Shown here: positions 25,000-39,984 of the stretch, piece by piece | Layout of the letters: each line of letters begins with the position of its first letter | Numbering within the stretch: position 1 is the stretch's first letter | Assembly: GCA_051047955.1 (NCBI GenBank) | Contig: JBPGPT010000024.1 | Span: 1-64,000, forward strand | Reading direction: 5' to 3' | Source of the DNA: Cystobasidiomycetes sp. EMM_F5 | Lineage: Eukaryota | DNA length: 64,000 nt | Position numbers and translations under genes: made by a program | The notes under the pieces: generated by a model | What the model was told of the DNA's origin: nothing | Seen by the model: only the letters and a program-made list of their open reading frames with translations | Database searches by the model: none

Positions 25000-26657
25000 C
25001 TAGCTGACCATACCGGGCTTTCGATGCGGTTCGTACACCTCTCGGCCTCCGCCAATCGCCTGCTTGCTATCGGGCAGCGGCACATCTTCCTCTGAATCTT
25101 CGCCCGCGTCCATCTCGCTATCGCCGCTTATACTGTCACTCTCGCCCTGTTTTGGCGGTAGATTAACCATCTGATGATGGTCGTAATGTGCATGCGGAGT
25201 ATGTATTTGGTCTGGAGATGCTTGTTGTGAGTGTTGCCGCTCATACTGCTCTCTGTGCATTTCGAGATCCTGAAATTTTCGTTGAAGTGCCTGTTCATCA
25301 AAGCCAAACACGGCTTTATGATGCTGATCGTGTGCGTGCGGACCGTGAACGACGGAGGGGTCCGTCATTGACATGCTCCTCTTTGGCGTGTTGCCTCCGG
25401 ATCCTCCTTCCATTAAAGTTGGCATAATTGCATGTGGATAAGGCGATGGATGCATATCGTATCTCTGCTGCGGTACAGCCGACGGCTGACCACTGCCTTG
25501 TGTGGTTATGGAAGGCGGCGGTGAATGCCGTCTCCGGGGTGTCTCTTCTCCGCCGAAATGAGCGTGATCTTCCTCCTCCTCTTCTACGGTCGGTATTTCT
25601 GACAGGTCCAGTGTCGCCATAGCTTGTTGTGATGATATTGAGCTATGACGCTGTATCGGTCTCCCTCTTTGCATGGCACCATTCCCACTTGCCGCAGAGG
25701 TTGCATCGTCCGTCTTCATTTCGTCTGAACCTGCGGAAGTAGCGGATGTGTCTGATGACAGACTATCCGAAGAAGCTGTGCGCCCATCATTCGCATTGTC
25801 CGACTGCAAATCGCTCTTGTTTGATCCAGCGCTACTAGACCGCCTTTTCAATTTACTCCAAGCTTTCTTCAAACCAGGCTTAATATCCTTGACGGTCTTG
25901 ACGCTGTTCCTCAGAATCTCAGTGCGATTCAAAGATACTAACACAGTCTCGGCTTACTTGTTGGGAATCACTGTTCCGTTATACCATAATTGTGAATTCG
26001 GATCAATTGGCGCTTGCTGCTGCTTTTGTACATTCGGCAATTGGGACTGCCATCCAGGAGATCCCGCAGACTTCTGTTGCACTGCAGCTTGTGCCGTTGT
26101 TGGTGTTTGCCCCGCAAGCATAGCTGCTCTCGATGCCACGCCGACTGTACCGCAAGGAGACAGGATCAGAGGGCGTCCTGGAACAACATCATACTGCTCG
26201 AGAGCATTGCATGCGATATCCACTTACGGGTTATTGAACTACTCCTCTTTCTCCCGCTTTCGGGTAATGGAGCGAATTTGAGCTTGTATGTCCCACTGGC
26301 GTTGGAAGTCTGCGAGCTCATGCTTGCGTTGCTTGTAGTACTGGCTACGCTCGATGCTGTAGTCGTACGCTCAATAGCGCTTCCTCCAGTGTATGCCGCG
26401 CCAGGACTGCTGCTCCCGCCAGTACTGCTGCTGACTCTGCTTGCGCTGCTCGCACTACGCGAGCGCTGAGAGCCACTACCACCGCTACTGCTCCTGGGCA
26501 GAGGATTGAGCAGTATACCGCCTCTGCTCGTTGGCGGACTGCCGGGGTCGGCAATAGCGGGATTCGCGGGGACGAGGAGGGAAGTCGCTGGGAGCTCTCG
26601 CTGTTCGTCCAGACAAGGCGCGTCAGCTTTTGACCGCGCAAACATGTTGAGACTCAT
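25000..26657 (-). CDS. Disordered protein with KFAPLPESGRKRSSSITLGVASR motif; function unknown
   Basis: Three exons joined by introns ~26227-26147 and ~25957-25904, giving ...KLKFAPLPESGRKRSSSITLGVASRAAML...WYNGTVIPNNVKTVKDIKPGLKKAWSKLKRRSS... The 3' end may extend further. Confidence 0.7.
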
Positions 26658-26971
26658 GTTTGCGCAGGTGGAAGCCGCTGAAGAGACAGAGACCTCGAAT
26701 ACAAAGTTGTCGGACAGCTTGCTTTTGATCGGTCGGCTACTTGTATTCTTCAGCAAAGCCAATCGCAGCTGTTCAGAGCATGCGCTTCATAGCTTTATGG
26801 TGATTACAGCTGTGGTTTGGCTCGAATCGATACTGTTCAGCGTTAAAAGCACCACTTTACTCGCCGTTTCCGGGTTCGGGTAACTCGTGACAGCGATGAC
26901 ATCGTTTGAAGTCCATCCGACCGCAAATAATTGCTTTTCGATAATCTGAGCCCACTTCTGTTCACCAAATC

Positions 26972-28167
26972 ATGGCATCAGTCGCAGTCATCAATGGCTC
27001 GTCCCGGTGAGTCGTTGTAGCCCGCCGATGTTGAAAATGCGCAGGATCTCATAATGCGACCTTGCATATTTACCATCTTTCACTCTTCATACCCAGCGGA
27101 TTGGGTTTAGCATTTACTCGCTACATATTGCAGAACACGCAGCTCAATGTAGTCGCAACAACCTCTCGCAAAGCCGATGCCGCTCGGAGCGCCATTCTCG
27201 AAAACCTCGATGGAACCAAGGATGCAGAGGGTCGCCTGACAACCCTCGACATGGACATCACCGATGAGAAGGCGATAGAAACTGCGGCGAAGCAAGTTGA
27301 AGAACAGTTCGGAAAGGGACAGCTGCGATTGATGATCAACGTTGCTGGAGTGGTTCGTCCCAAAGACGCACGATTCTTACACACCATGGCAAACTGATAC
27401 TTGAGACACAATGTTCTAGCTCCGACCCGAAAAGGCGCTCACAAAGATTAACTACGATGACCTGCTAGAATCATTCCGGATCAACACGTTTGGCCACATC
27501 ATGGCATTCAAGCACTTCATGCCTCTCCTACCGACAAAGAGCAAGCAGCTAGATTACGACAACGATCCTGCGCACGGGCTCATTGCTCCGAGACTGAGCG
27601 TACTCGCCTCAATGACGGCCAAGGTGTGCAAAGCTCTATTTGTCCACGACGATGTGCTGCAAATTGCTGATTGTGCATGTACACGTAGATCGGTTCTATC
27701 GCTGATAACAACAACCTTGGAGGGTGGTACAGCTATCGCGCGAGCAAAGCAGCGACCAATCAGATCATCAAGACTCTCAATCTCGAACTGCAACGTGCAG
27801 GTGGAGCGGGTGGAGCCAATTCCGACAAGACAAACAACAGCATTGCTGTCGCACTTCATCCTGGTACCTTGCTGGGAACGGATCTCAGCAAGCCATTTGT
27901 TGACCCAAAAGCCGATAGCAAGGATGCGGAAGAGAAGAGTCAGAAACCAGGCGTGCACACACCTGAAGTCGGTGCGGAGAAGTTGCTGAATATCATAAAG
28001 GGACTAGATAAGAGCAAGGGCGGCAAGTTCTTTGGATGGAGTGGAGATGAAATCCGTGAGTCGTTCTCATAATTCAAAGGCAGGACAACAGCGAGCTGAT
28101 ACCTCCTTTATGATCCCTCAAAACACTAACACCTCCTCTATGATCCCTAAAAACACTAGCATGGTAA
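26972..28167 (+). CDS. Short-chain dehydrogenase/reductase, C-factor (CsgA)-like
   Basis: VAVINGSSRGLGLAF (spliced), LMINVAGVL, INTFGH, GGWYSYRASKAATNQ (YxxxK), ALHPG..GTDLS; ends FFGWSGDEIPW*. Confidence 0.9.
28101..28160. repeat. 30-bp tandem duplication inside the last SDR intron
   Basis: acctcctttatgatccctcaaaacactaac / acctcctctatgatccctaaaaacactagc. Confidence 0.9.
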
Positions 28168-28237
28168 GGAATACCCACCTACACCAGTGGTCGTAACATC
28201 TCTCCCTGTACCCATAGCCTTTGTACTCCCGCTACCA

Positions 28238-30038
28238 TCAATCGATGTTGTGAGGAATGCGTGGCACGAAAGACCATGCCAGGAGCATGAATGCAGCCAA
28301 AGCGACAACGGTCGGGTAGAGCACCCAGACGTCGTACTTCTGGGCCATGACTCCAACTATGAAGGGAAAAAGAGCGCAGCCCGTTGACCCGGTACATGAG
28401 ACGATGCCGATCGCTCCAGTATGCTGCCTAAAACAGAATGCGGAGGAATCAGTTGCTTGCGCTCGCACAAAGCCGACACCTTCGCTTACCGTTTCGGTAG
28501 AATCTTAGTCATGACACTAATAGCGACAGGGAAGATTGGACCTGCCCGTGGGTAGATCTCAAACCGCGTTGCAGAGAGCGAGGTGAAAACAAATGGTGCC
28601 TACCCAAAGCTACTCCGACGAGCGCCACAGCGACCGCTGCAGCAAGGTAGCCTCCCGTCTTCCACATCACAAGCTGGAGTATTAGCGCTACAAATGTGTA
28701 GCAGAAGATGACCAGGCGTTCGCCAACCAGAATATTGAAATGCGGTAAGAACAATCGCCCAGCAGTGACCCTACGGATTTTATCTCAGCTTTAGTTTCCG
28801 AATGTTCAGTGATATTGCTGACCCTGTCCAAAAGCCAGCCGCGACGTATCCAGCGCTGATCGGAGCATTTCTATCTTGAATGAGCTGTAAGATCGCTTAG
28901 CTTGAGATGTCCCCGGTGCGTCATTCCTGCATGACTTACTTCGCTGACAATCCAGCCACCTGTGCTGACTTCAGCTCCGCAATATAGACAGAGAAATACT
29001 GCAGTAGCCCAAACAGTCTTGCTTTTCAACAGCCCGGGACCAGCTGCTTCGACGTGCCGCGATTCTCTGACTTCCCTCCGTGACTCGGCATCGAAGTGCG
29101 ACAATTCAAGCGACGAAGAAGTGCGCATACTCGTTTCTCGTTTCAGTCGGAATGACAGCGTCATAAGCGTGGCGTTAATCACGGCTATGCCAAGTGAAAG
29201 CCCGAAGAAATAGTAGAACTGCAGACCGCTCGTCACGAATGCGGTAGCTGCCAGCGGTCCCGTCAATCCTCCTACTCCCTAAAGATAGATGAGTAAGCTG
29301 TCTGCGAAGGTGAGGCGAACAGTGCAGGCGAACATATGCTCCATGGACGTAACACAATTTGTGCGCAGCATTAGGCAAATTAGCGACGAATGCATTCATT
29401 TGACACTGCTGTAGTGCAGCTCCAAAGCCTGCTTTTGCCGTAAGCTGCGCATCACAGCAGAACACAACAGTACTCACCGTTGATGGCGAATATACAGGGA
29501 TAGACGGGGAAAGGGGGGCTAGCGGTGGCAGCCGCGTAAGAGATTACCTGCAACACCGCTCCTGCCGAGATGACCTTTCCTCGACCGTATTTATCCGTGA
29601 CTTTAGTTGCCAAGAACGCAGCCAGTATGTACCCGCTGCATGAGCCGATGAACAGCTGAATGTTATATGCAGAATGTATGTCAGTATAGTCGAAAGCGGA
29701 GCGGGATGCCAGCGTCGATCGCTTACAGTGCTGACGGTCACATAGTTGATGGAAAAGTGCTTCTCTAGCGTGGGGATGAGTGCTCCAGTACTGCCATCAT
29801 TCCTGCAAGCCAATATCAGCTTTTCCGAAGCGACAATTCGTTCCGATATGTAAACGTACCATCCGCTTAATAGCATACAAAACAGACATGCTGCGAAGCG
29901 ATATGAATCGCCACGAATGTTCCGATGTTTCTTCACGTTTGCGTCCGTTAGCAAAACTGGTATGGCCTCTGTTGAAGCCAGCGGAGATTTATGCATCTCT
30001 TCGTCAACAGTAGTGGCATGGGAGGGTATATCAGCCAT
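28238..30038 (-). CDS. MFS transporter (Bsc6/fucose-permease-like), many introns
   Basis: GWNDGSTGALIP (spliced), FLCLYCGAEVSTGGWIV, GSTGCALFPFIVGVMAQ; multiple TM segments. Confidence 0.85.
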
Positions 30039-30460
30039 AGCAACAAGTCAGTGTCTGTCAAGGATACTATCGCATTCCAACAAAGCTTTGCGCAGCCATC
30101 TTCGCTTGCGCATTCTCTGCCTGCAACAAACGGCTGCGAATGATATCGGCTATTTAGAGCCGATGTTTCCAACGACACTGCTGGGCGATATGAGCATCTC
30201 ATATGAGTCTGAAGACTGGAGCGGTGTTAGAGTAGCATGGCTGATGCTTGCAGCGAAATGCCCAGGCTGATTGCATCAATCGTTCGAAATAAGACCACCA
30301 GTGTTGGCGGCAAGAAATTCCAAATATCCCATGGCACGTTTTGCATTCGACGTTATATCTAACCTACTAACGCTGCTGACTATCCCCAATGATCATCTGA
30401 GCCTTCGCGATGCTTCCGCCCTGATCCACCCCAATCTCGACTTCCCCACATGCGACTGTC

Positions 30461-32579
30461 TCACATCCTCTTCATTCGCAAAATCGCGAGAGTCAGCAAG
30501 CGGTACGCCAGAATTATTGCAATCATGATGGCCACGTTCTGTCCGAGACTCAGTCCACTCGTCCCATACGCCTGGAGCACCGCATTACCGGGGATACGGC
30601 AGTGGAGATCGCCTGTCGGAAACATGCACTGGCAATTTGCAGCGCAGGCGTAGGTGCGACCAATGAATTCGTTCTGCATCATGCCTATATAGACCATTAG
30701 CTTTACCTCAACAGAATACAGCACCTGCAGTGTTGCTTACCTGTAAAGACAACAGCTTGATAGTCGATGTAATGAAAGACGTACTCGTAGAATGGATTCA
30801 GTATCGTTAGCGGCACGAGGAAGCCATTGACTGCCATCCAGAGTCCGTTTGCAAAAGCGACAAGAACGAGAGCAATGACACCGTTGGGGATGACGGAGGA
30901 GAGGAATACTACCATGGACTCGGCTGCGACAAGGTCCAGGAAGAGCCACAGAATAAATGTAAAAACGGCATCCGCCCCGTTACGAAGTCCGATCAGCCAG
31001 TAAGTGATGACTGTAAAGACGACGCTGATAATGACTGCCGGTATTTGCATGTTAGCAATCAGGCCTTGGTATTTCAGCTATGCAAACTTACGCAGATAGG
31101 GCAATCCTGCGACAAAGTTGGTAAAGACAAACACAGCAGGACCGTAGAGACCATTGGCGCGCTCTTTGGCGAGAACGGCGTAGTCCTCCAAATACGCAGG
31201 TACGTAGGCGACAGTCATGAATGAGAGAAATGCTCCGCCGAAAAAGATGGCGTTGATATAGGGTTGAATAGCTTCTTGTCCGTCGCCGAGCCGTAGCCAC
31301 GTAGTCCCCATCAATATAGCGAGTCCTGTTGTGAAAGAGTCAGTTTTGAGAGATTGTAACGGCGCCCGACACCAGGTGTGACTGACCTATGTACATTGCA
31401 ATCCGTACCGCGTACACTGTGATGTCTCTATAGCTCTTGACGCATGAACGCTGCAGCAGAGCGCGGAAAATGGAAATGGGAGATGCTAGATAGCTGTTCG
31501 CCACATGATTGTGAGAGTCTCCATCACCTCGAGCAATCTCTGCAATACACGAATGCAAGGCCGCTTGGAGTGCTGATGTATGCCAGGCTGTGTATACTCT
31601 ATCAAGTCGCTGAGCAGGATCTTCGCTGCCGTCCGTGGTAAAATCGACACTGACGAGATCGAGCAAATGCTCTGCAGGGTTTGTCAAATCTGGAATTGGA
31701 AGGCCAGCTTCATCAAGGTAAGCTTTGACCTGCGTGACTGGACCAAAGTAGCAGACTTTGCCAGCGGACAGCAAGCATAGGTCATCGAATAGATTGAAGG
31801 TAGCTGTAGAGGGTTGATGTATGCTAACGATGACGATCAACTAGGATGAGCGGTGAATCGGGTCAGAAAGTAATTTGGTATTTCACAAAGGTAAAGGCGC
31901 GTACCTTAAACTTGACTGCCACCTGCTTAATGAACCATATGACTTCCCTGCTGGCAGTAGAGTCCAGGCCACTCGTAGGTTCGTCCAGAAAAAGTATTTT
32001 TGGGCCCGTGATGAGTTGTGCCGCTACGCTCAAACGTCGCTTCTGCCCGCCGCTCAGGCCTTTGCGTATGATTGTCCCGACAATAGTATCTGCATGCTCA
32101 GTCATTCCGAATGCAGCCAGGACACTATCGCAGATTCTGTTCCTGGCAGACGTAGACAGCGTCTTGCTTGACGCCATCATTGCAGCATATTTGAGCGTCT
32201 CTTTAGCCGTCAGAGATCCAATGAGTGAATCTTCCTGCTCGACGTAGGCCGATAATGCACGAAACGAATCTCCTCTTGATGCGGTGCCATCTACCAGTAA
32301 GTTTCCAGAAACTTTGAAATCGGATCCATCCCTGATGCGACGCGCGAGTTGATTGAGGAGAGTCGTCTTGCCAGACCCTGACGGACCCATCAGTGCGAGC
32401 AGTCGGCCAGCATGTGCGACACCAGAGACATCGTCGAGTATGACCTTGCGGCGCCCGCCTGCCGTCACGACATTGCATTCCGACCAGGCGTAGGTCGATA
32501 TGGATGAGTTGTGGAGGTAGTCGATGTCAGTGACGGCCGACTCGACGTCCTTTTCGGACGGAGTAGGCGGATAGGACAT
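30461..32579 (-). CDS. Half-size ABCG (white-like) transporter, NBD-TMD
   Basis: Walker A GPSGSGKTT, signature LSGGQKRR, Walker B ILFLDEPTSGLDS, SIHQPS; ABC2 membrane domain (KERANGLY). Confidence 0.95.
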
Positions 32580-33082
32580 GGTGACGGTCAGTAATGTAGC
32601 TGATGTGGGTATTATAGAACCATCGCAGCCATCAGTCGCAGAGTCTTATCGAGCATTGCAGAGTCTTTGGAATGACCCTCGATACATGCGATCATCCTCC
32701 ATTCATCCATGAACATCGCAACGGGGCCGGACGTCCTCCCACTCCTGAGACCTGTGGGTGGGTCTCGATCGCGTCGAACGTATATACGAAGTCTGATGCA
32801 GCTGAAAGGTTGAAGACTATGGAGTCTGCAGGGGCGGCATTGAGTGTCAGTTCCGGAATGCATTTGAATGCTGACCATGTTGGAATGCGCGCAGTCGTCC
32901 AGTTGACTAGCGCAAAGCTCACAACGTCGACCGGCTGACGGTGACATTGCTGTCAGGCCCGCATATACTGCGATAATTCCCTTAATCTCGTCCGGCAGGC
33001 GCGCGCTGTGTTAGGCGTTCAGCCGAACAAGTCGCAAGGTCGGTTGAGACTCGCATGTCTCCATCACAGGCCGTCATCAGAC

Positions 33083-35140
33083 ATGACTGTAGTGGGGCAC
33101 GACACATGTCCCTCGCACTCTCAGAGACGCACTCATCCTCCTTTCACTCTTCCGACCCCTTCACCTCACATCTCATATCCAGTGTCCGACACTCACCCCA
33201 GCGATGTCTCGCTGTCGCGCGCAAGGAAGGCGTTTGACAAACAGCCTCAAGCGCAGCAATGTGCCTCCATATCTCGCTTCATCAAGGAGCACTACAGAGC
33301 AAGAGAAGCCAATGCGACCGTCTACCTCGACTACGGTGGGGCCGGCCGACCCATGCAGACAGTCTTGCGAAAAGAGTACCAGCTACTATCGAGCTGCACT
33401 TTCGGCAATCCTCACTCCATCAACGCTAGCTCGGTCCTCTCGTCAGAGTATGCTCAGCTAGCGCGTAACGCTGCGCTCTCCTTCTTCAACACCACTGCAG
33501 CAGAGCACGAATGTGTCTGGACGGCAGGCGCATCTAGCGCATTGACCATGTTTCGAAACCTATATTTTGACAGCGTCCGCCAACAGGGCGTGAAGACTCG
33601 CGTCATTATTCTCGACGACGTTCACAACTCGGTCAACGGGCTGCGTACGGTAGTACAGGAGGATGGACTGCGACATCTGGTATCACTTGTCTTTGTTCCG
33701 ATTGATGCTGTCCATCTCCGTGTCGATGAAGAGATTTTCAGAGTAAGCGGTCACGCTGCGTCTTGTAGGCCATGCGCTGACAGGTTGGAACCTCTGTCAC
33801 AGTCCGAGATTGACGGTCTTGCGCCAGGAGAGCGAGGACTAGTGCTCTTCACCGCTCAGTCCAACCTTTCGGGCGTATGTCACAACCTCAGTCTCCTCAA
33901 ATACGCAAAACGTCGCGGTTGGCATACGCTTTTGGATGCAGCCTGTTTTGTCCCTACGAGCGTGCTCGATCTCGCAAAGCACGATTATGTCGAGTTCGTG
34001 CCTGTTTCGTGGTATAAAGTCGTAGTAAGTGACCTGGGTTACAGTAAACTCAGTGCTTCCAAGCCGAGAACTTACCCTTCAGGGCCACCCTACTGGACTC
34101 GGATCACTGATTATCAGACAAAGGTAAACTCAGGGCAAATGCTAATGCCCGTGCGGTATTGACGCTCTCCACTCTTCAGTGCACTCTCTGCGCTACAAAA
34201 GTCATATTTTGCAGGCGGTACAGTCATATCCGTCAGCAACGATGCGACCGACGCTTACGTGCTGCATCCGAAAGGTTGCACGGCATTTGAAGACGGAACC
34301 ATCAATTTTCGTTCCTTTCCAGCATTATCTTTTGGCCTTTCCGCTCTACTTGCACTTCCGCGTCCTCTCATTTCGCAACGTACCAAGCTTTTGCTATCAT
34401 GGCTGATTGCGCATCTTACTCCGCTCCGACATATGTCGACAGGGCACCCACTCGTCCGCATCGTGGGATTCCCTCTACCGGATCTCGAGTACCTGAGAAA
34501 ATATCATGGATCGACCATCTCGATGGTCTTCTACACTGCTGCAGGCCAAAAAGTGCCTCCAGGCGTCTCTGAAAATCTCGCTGTACAAGCGGGCTTGGAG
34601 ATTAGAAGTGGATGTATGTGTAATACTTCCGCACGCACAGCGAATATCGGGACTAGAGGCTGGCACGGTAACAGTCCAGACGAGCTAGCTCGTCACGATT
34701 GGGTTTGGAGCAAGCATGACGCGGGTGGCATTACACCTGAGATTTCCACCGCGAAAGCGTCTGTCAAGATGCCGGATGGAACTTGGAATCTTTGGCGAAT
34801 GCCCGACGAAGAAGTTGGTGATGGATCCAAGATATCAGAGTATGGTGTTATTCGAGTCTCGCTTGGCTTGCCTAGTAGCTTCGACGACGTCTATGCATTC
34901 TATGAGTTTGCACGAAGATTGTCACGGGACAACACGAGCGGGCACAGAGAAGCGGCCAGGCCGAATGCACAGTCAACAATACCAAGCTCTCGACCGCCCC
35001 TCTCGTCATTCGTGAGATTATTCGATAACGTCAAGCTCGGTCGGCCGGCTTCATTCGGCAAACGGCATTCGATGTCTCGTTATCCTTTCGATAACGAACA
35101 GACGCTGGCTCTATCCAGTAGTGCAGGCTCATTCGCGTAG
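33083..35140 (+). CDS. PLP-dependent class V aminotransferase, molybdenum-cofactor-sulfurase-like (no MOSC domain)
   Basis: VYLDYGGA, FGNPHS, AQSNLSG, LLDAAC, SWYKVVGHPTGLG (spliced; PLP lysine), FEDGTINF, IRSGCMCN (catalytic Cys motif), GVIRVSLGL.S.FDDV. Confidence 0.85.
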
Positions 35141-35419
35141 GTCTAGTATGTTTGGCGAGTCTTTGGGTCAATGATTTTCGAAGAAGTGAGTGGGGACAGT
35201 CAGTCGTGAGAGAAGGACTTTTGTGACTTTTGCGAGACATCTGTCGTTGTATGTCATACTCAGGCTGTTTTCGTATCAACCCTTGACAGCCCAAGTATGC
35301 TTGTACCGGGGACCTTCCTTAAGTGGCCGCGTAATCGAATGGCTCGAGCTCCGAGTAAATTGAACACTCTGGACAAGCCAACACTGCTCAATTATTAACC
35401 TGCCCCACTCACTGCAATC

Positions 35420-37123
<1,704 letters not shown>

Positions 37124-37620
37124 AAGGCGAATCATTAACCGCTATGACGAGCCTGCTCCGCTCCGCGCAGCCAGGACAAGACTTTCCTCCGTCGTATGGT
37201 ACTTCTCGTGATTGTTACTTTGAATGCTTCATTCGCTTTAGCTTCTCGTTTGCCTGTCTCAACTGAAATTGAAACTGTAACAGTCATGTGAACGTATTAT
37301 ACATTCCTTATACTCATGTCGATTTGCTGCAAATGAAACACGGTCTTTTTCGCTTGTGGTCGACGCTACATTTTGCCTGCTAATTATGTCTGGTCTATTA
37401 TTTTTTGCACAATACTCCAGCTCCTATGGATCGCTATGAACTAGTAATAAAACATTTCTACCCGTAAAGCTGGCTAATGAGTATGGAGCACACCTCCGCT
37501 GTGCTTGTCGCAGTCCGGCATGTAATCATATTCCGCCGTGAACGCAAGACAACGTCCCCTAAACCGTATATACACCCTACCTCGCACGGACCTTGTGAAT
37601 GTGTAACGCATCAAGCAATA

Positions 37621-39264
37621 CTAATCCTTTAAGGCTTCCGATTTCTTGTCCGCCGTGTGATGCACTACGGGAACGTCTGGTGAGGCACCTATCGGCCTGT
37701 CGTCATCGTAGGCGTCCATACTGCCTGGGCCTGTAAAGTGATTCTTCGCATATGCGAAGTACCATATTGCACTGACCAATGCAAAGAACGCAAAGACGAC
37801 GCTTGCGTAATTCATCGATGATGGCGTGACAGGCAGAGTCACCGGCATGCAGAATATGACCACCGCAAGGACTATCCAGACTATTGTTATCGAATTGATA
37901 ATGACGCCAAACTTGCCGAGTGGGAAAGGGGATGACTTGACTAACTTCCTCCTCCTGACCAGACTGACCAGTATCGGAACGCAATATGAGGTGGACAGGC
38001 AGATGGTGGCAACGCCTGTGAAAGAGTTGAAGGCGGCAGAGGAGCCAAAGTATATGCACCCCAGCCCCATGTTGACTAAAGTTGTGAGGACAATCGCCCA
38101 CACCTGTACTTGAAGACGTGGATGAACCCTTTGCCACAGAGTTGATCCCGGAAGTGCCCCGTCACGGGCAAGAGCCCATGTACATCGAGATGCAGCTGTC
38201 ATTGATCCAATGCCCGCGAATAGCCAGATACCGAGGATCAGAACAAGAAGACCGACACCGCCGGCTTCGGAACCCGTCACCGATTTGAAAAGCAGGCCGA
38301 TTGGCTGCGAGAAGGTAAGAAGATAATCGATGTCCGACAGTGTGAAGAGGATGGGTAAGATGTAAACTATTCCCGTCAAACCGGCCGCTGCGACTGATAG
38401 GACCATTGCTTTGGGCACTTCTCTTTCTGGATTTTGGACCTCTTCGCACATGGATGCCACCATGCCGTAACCGGTGAGAACGTAAGCAGGCTGTAAGAGG
38501 CCAATGAAGAACGACCAGCCGTCTGGCCAACCTGAGGAGGACGCGTCGTAGTGCGAGAAGACGTATGCACCAGAATTCCGGCCGCCTTTTGCTGTGGCCG
38601 AAAGAGTTGCGAGAATCATTATAATCGATGCACCAGTCCAGTAGATGCAGGCCTTATTGATGAGATCAAGGTAACGAACCCCAAAGACGTTCACAAGCGC
38701 GCAAAATATGGTGACAGCCCAGAACATCAATACTGTCTGCCACGGCGTTGCGATGTACGTCTCGTCGACGATGGATTTCCCAGAAAGGATGAGTTGGGCG
38801 CCCCCGAAGTTGATTGACAGCGTCACTGTCCAGTTCCCCACGAGATTGAGCCATGCGTCAATGAACGAGACGACGGCAGCATATTTTGGGGTGCATAAAA
38901 TAGCCGACCAATGGTAAACGCCGCCGGACGTCGGATACACGGCGCAAATCTCCGCAAGGGATGCAGAGATGCATAGGCTGATGAGTGAGACCAGAATCCA
39001 CCCGTAGAGAATGGTGACGGATTGCCCATTCAGCAAGGTTATGTACAAGGTCGTAGACCAACCGTATGGAACGGCCATGATCGCAAACGATAAGCCAAGC
39101 ACGGATATCATCTGGGGAATTGCAAAGTGTATGTGAGCTATAGTGTCCTTATGACTTCCGATGTTGCAGCTCACCGACAATCTTTTCGGCAGCTGGCCCA
39201 TACCGTTGTGACCGCCGCCTTTGGCTATGTCTTGCACGGCCACGGACTTATTCGACGTTGCCAT
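37621..39264 (-). CDS. APC-family GABA/choline-type amino-acid permease (Uga4-like)
   Basis: SLAEICAVYPTSGGVYHW, MCEEVQNPEREVPKAM, ASRCTWALARDGALP, MNYASVVF. One probable in-frame intron ~39172-39113. Confidence 0.92.
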   Translation of the reverse strand: MATSNKSVAVQDIAKGGGHNGMGQLPKRLSVSCNIGSHKDTIAHIHFAIPQMISVLGLSFAIMAVPYGWSTTLYITLLNGQSVTILYGWILVSLISLCISASLAEICAVYPTSGGVYHWSAILCTPKYAAVVSFIDAWLNLVGNWTVTLSINFGGAQLILSGKSIVDETYIATPWQTVLMFWAVTIFCALVNVFGVRYLDLINKACIYWTGASIIMILATLSATAKGGRNSGAYVFSHYDASSSGWPDGWSFFIGLLQPAYVLTGYGMVASMCEEVQNPEREVPKAMVLSVAAAGLTGIVYILPILFTLSDIDYLLTFSQPIGLLFKSVTGSEAGGVGLLVLILGIWLFAGIGSMTAASRCTWALARDGALPGSTLWQRVHPRLQVQVWAIVLTTLVNMGLGCIYFGSSAAFNSFTGVATICLSTSYCVPILVSLVRRRKLVKSSPFPLGKFGVIINSITIVWIVLAVVIFCMPVTLPVTPSSMNYASVVFAFFALVSAIWYFAYAKNHFTGPGSMDAYDDDRPIGASPDVPVVHHTADKKSEALKD

Positions 39265-39984
39265 GTCTGTATGGTACGTCCCGGCTCCTCAATGCTTATC
39301 TGCCGTATCTTTTATGCTGTCAATCTCGACAATTTGGCCCCCTGTCGTCCAGGCACCCAGAGAACGAAAAGGAGCACACAATGAGGAGCAGGATAGGCGG
39401 TGATGCCGTCACCCGCAGTAGCTGTATGTCCTGGCAGAGATCAGTCAGTCCGAATGCATCTCCGGTCACAATCAGTCTCCTGCAGCGGTACAAAAGCTTT
39501 TTATCGCGAAGCGGAGATGTAGATCACGTGACCGTCGATAAGCAGGAATATTTCTCGCCAAGGTATACGATAGTGACGTAAGTGAGAGCTTGTCCATGTA
39601 AAGTAATCCTAATGCCCAATTGGAGCATGCAATGGTACAATCCTGATTGATCTCGTCGCCTCTGATGACGGGTCGAAGGGTTTCCCACCCATTCTTTGTC
39701 CGCCGGTCGTCGCTACCGACCTGCTTCTGCGAGGCTATATGGAATCTGGCTGAACAGGACAAGGTATACATATGACTACGCAAACACCGCCGTTGAGCGA
39801 TGCTCAAAGGATATCGCAGCGAGACAGAATCTGCTTAACATCATGATGGTGCCGGCTGCCCGTTCCTCCCATCACTCGCTTCATTTGCGATTCATAAGCT
39901 TCCCCTCGACCGTACGTTTTGCTCGGCGTACACCGCCAGCGACCTTCACCGCCGGAGCGTAATTCGAACCTGGACAGACTTTTG

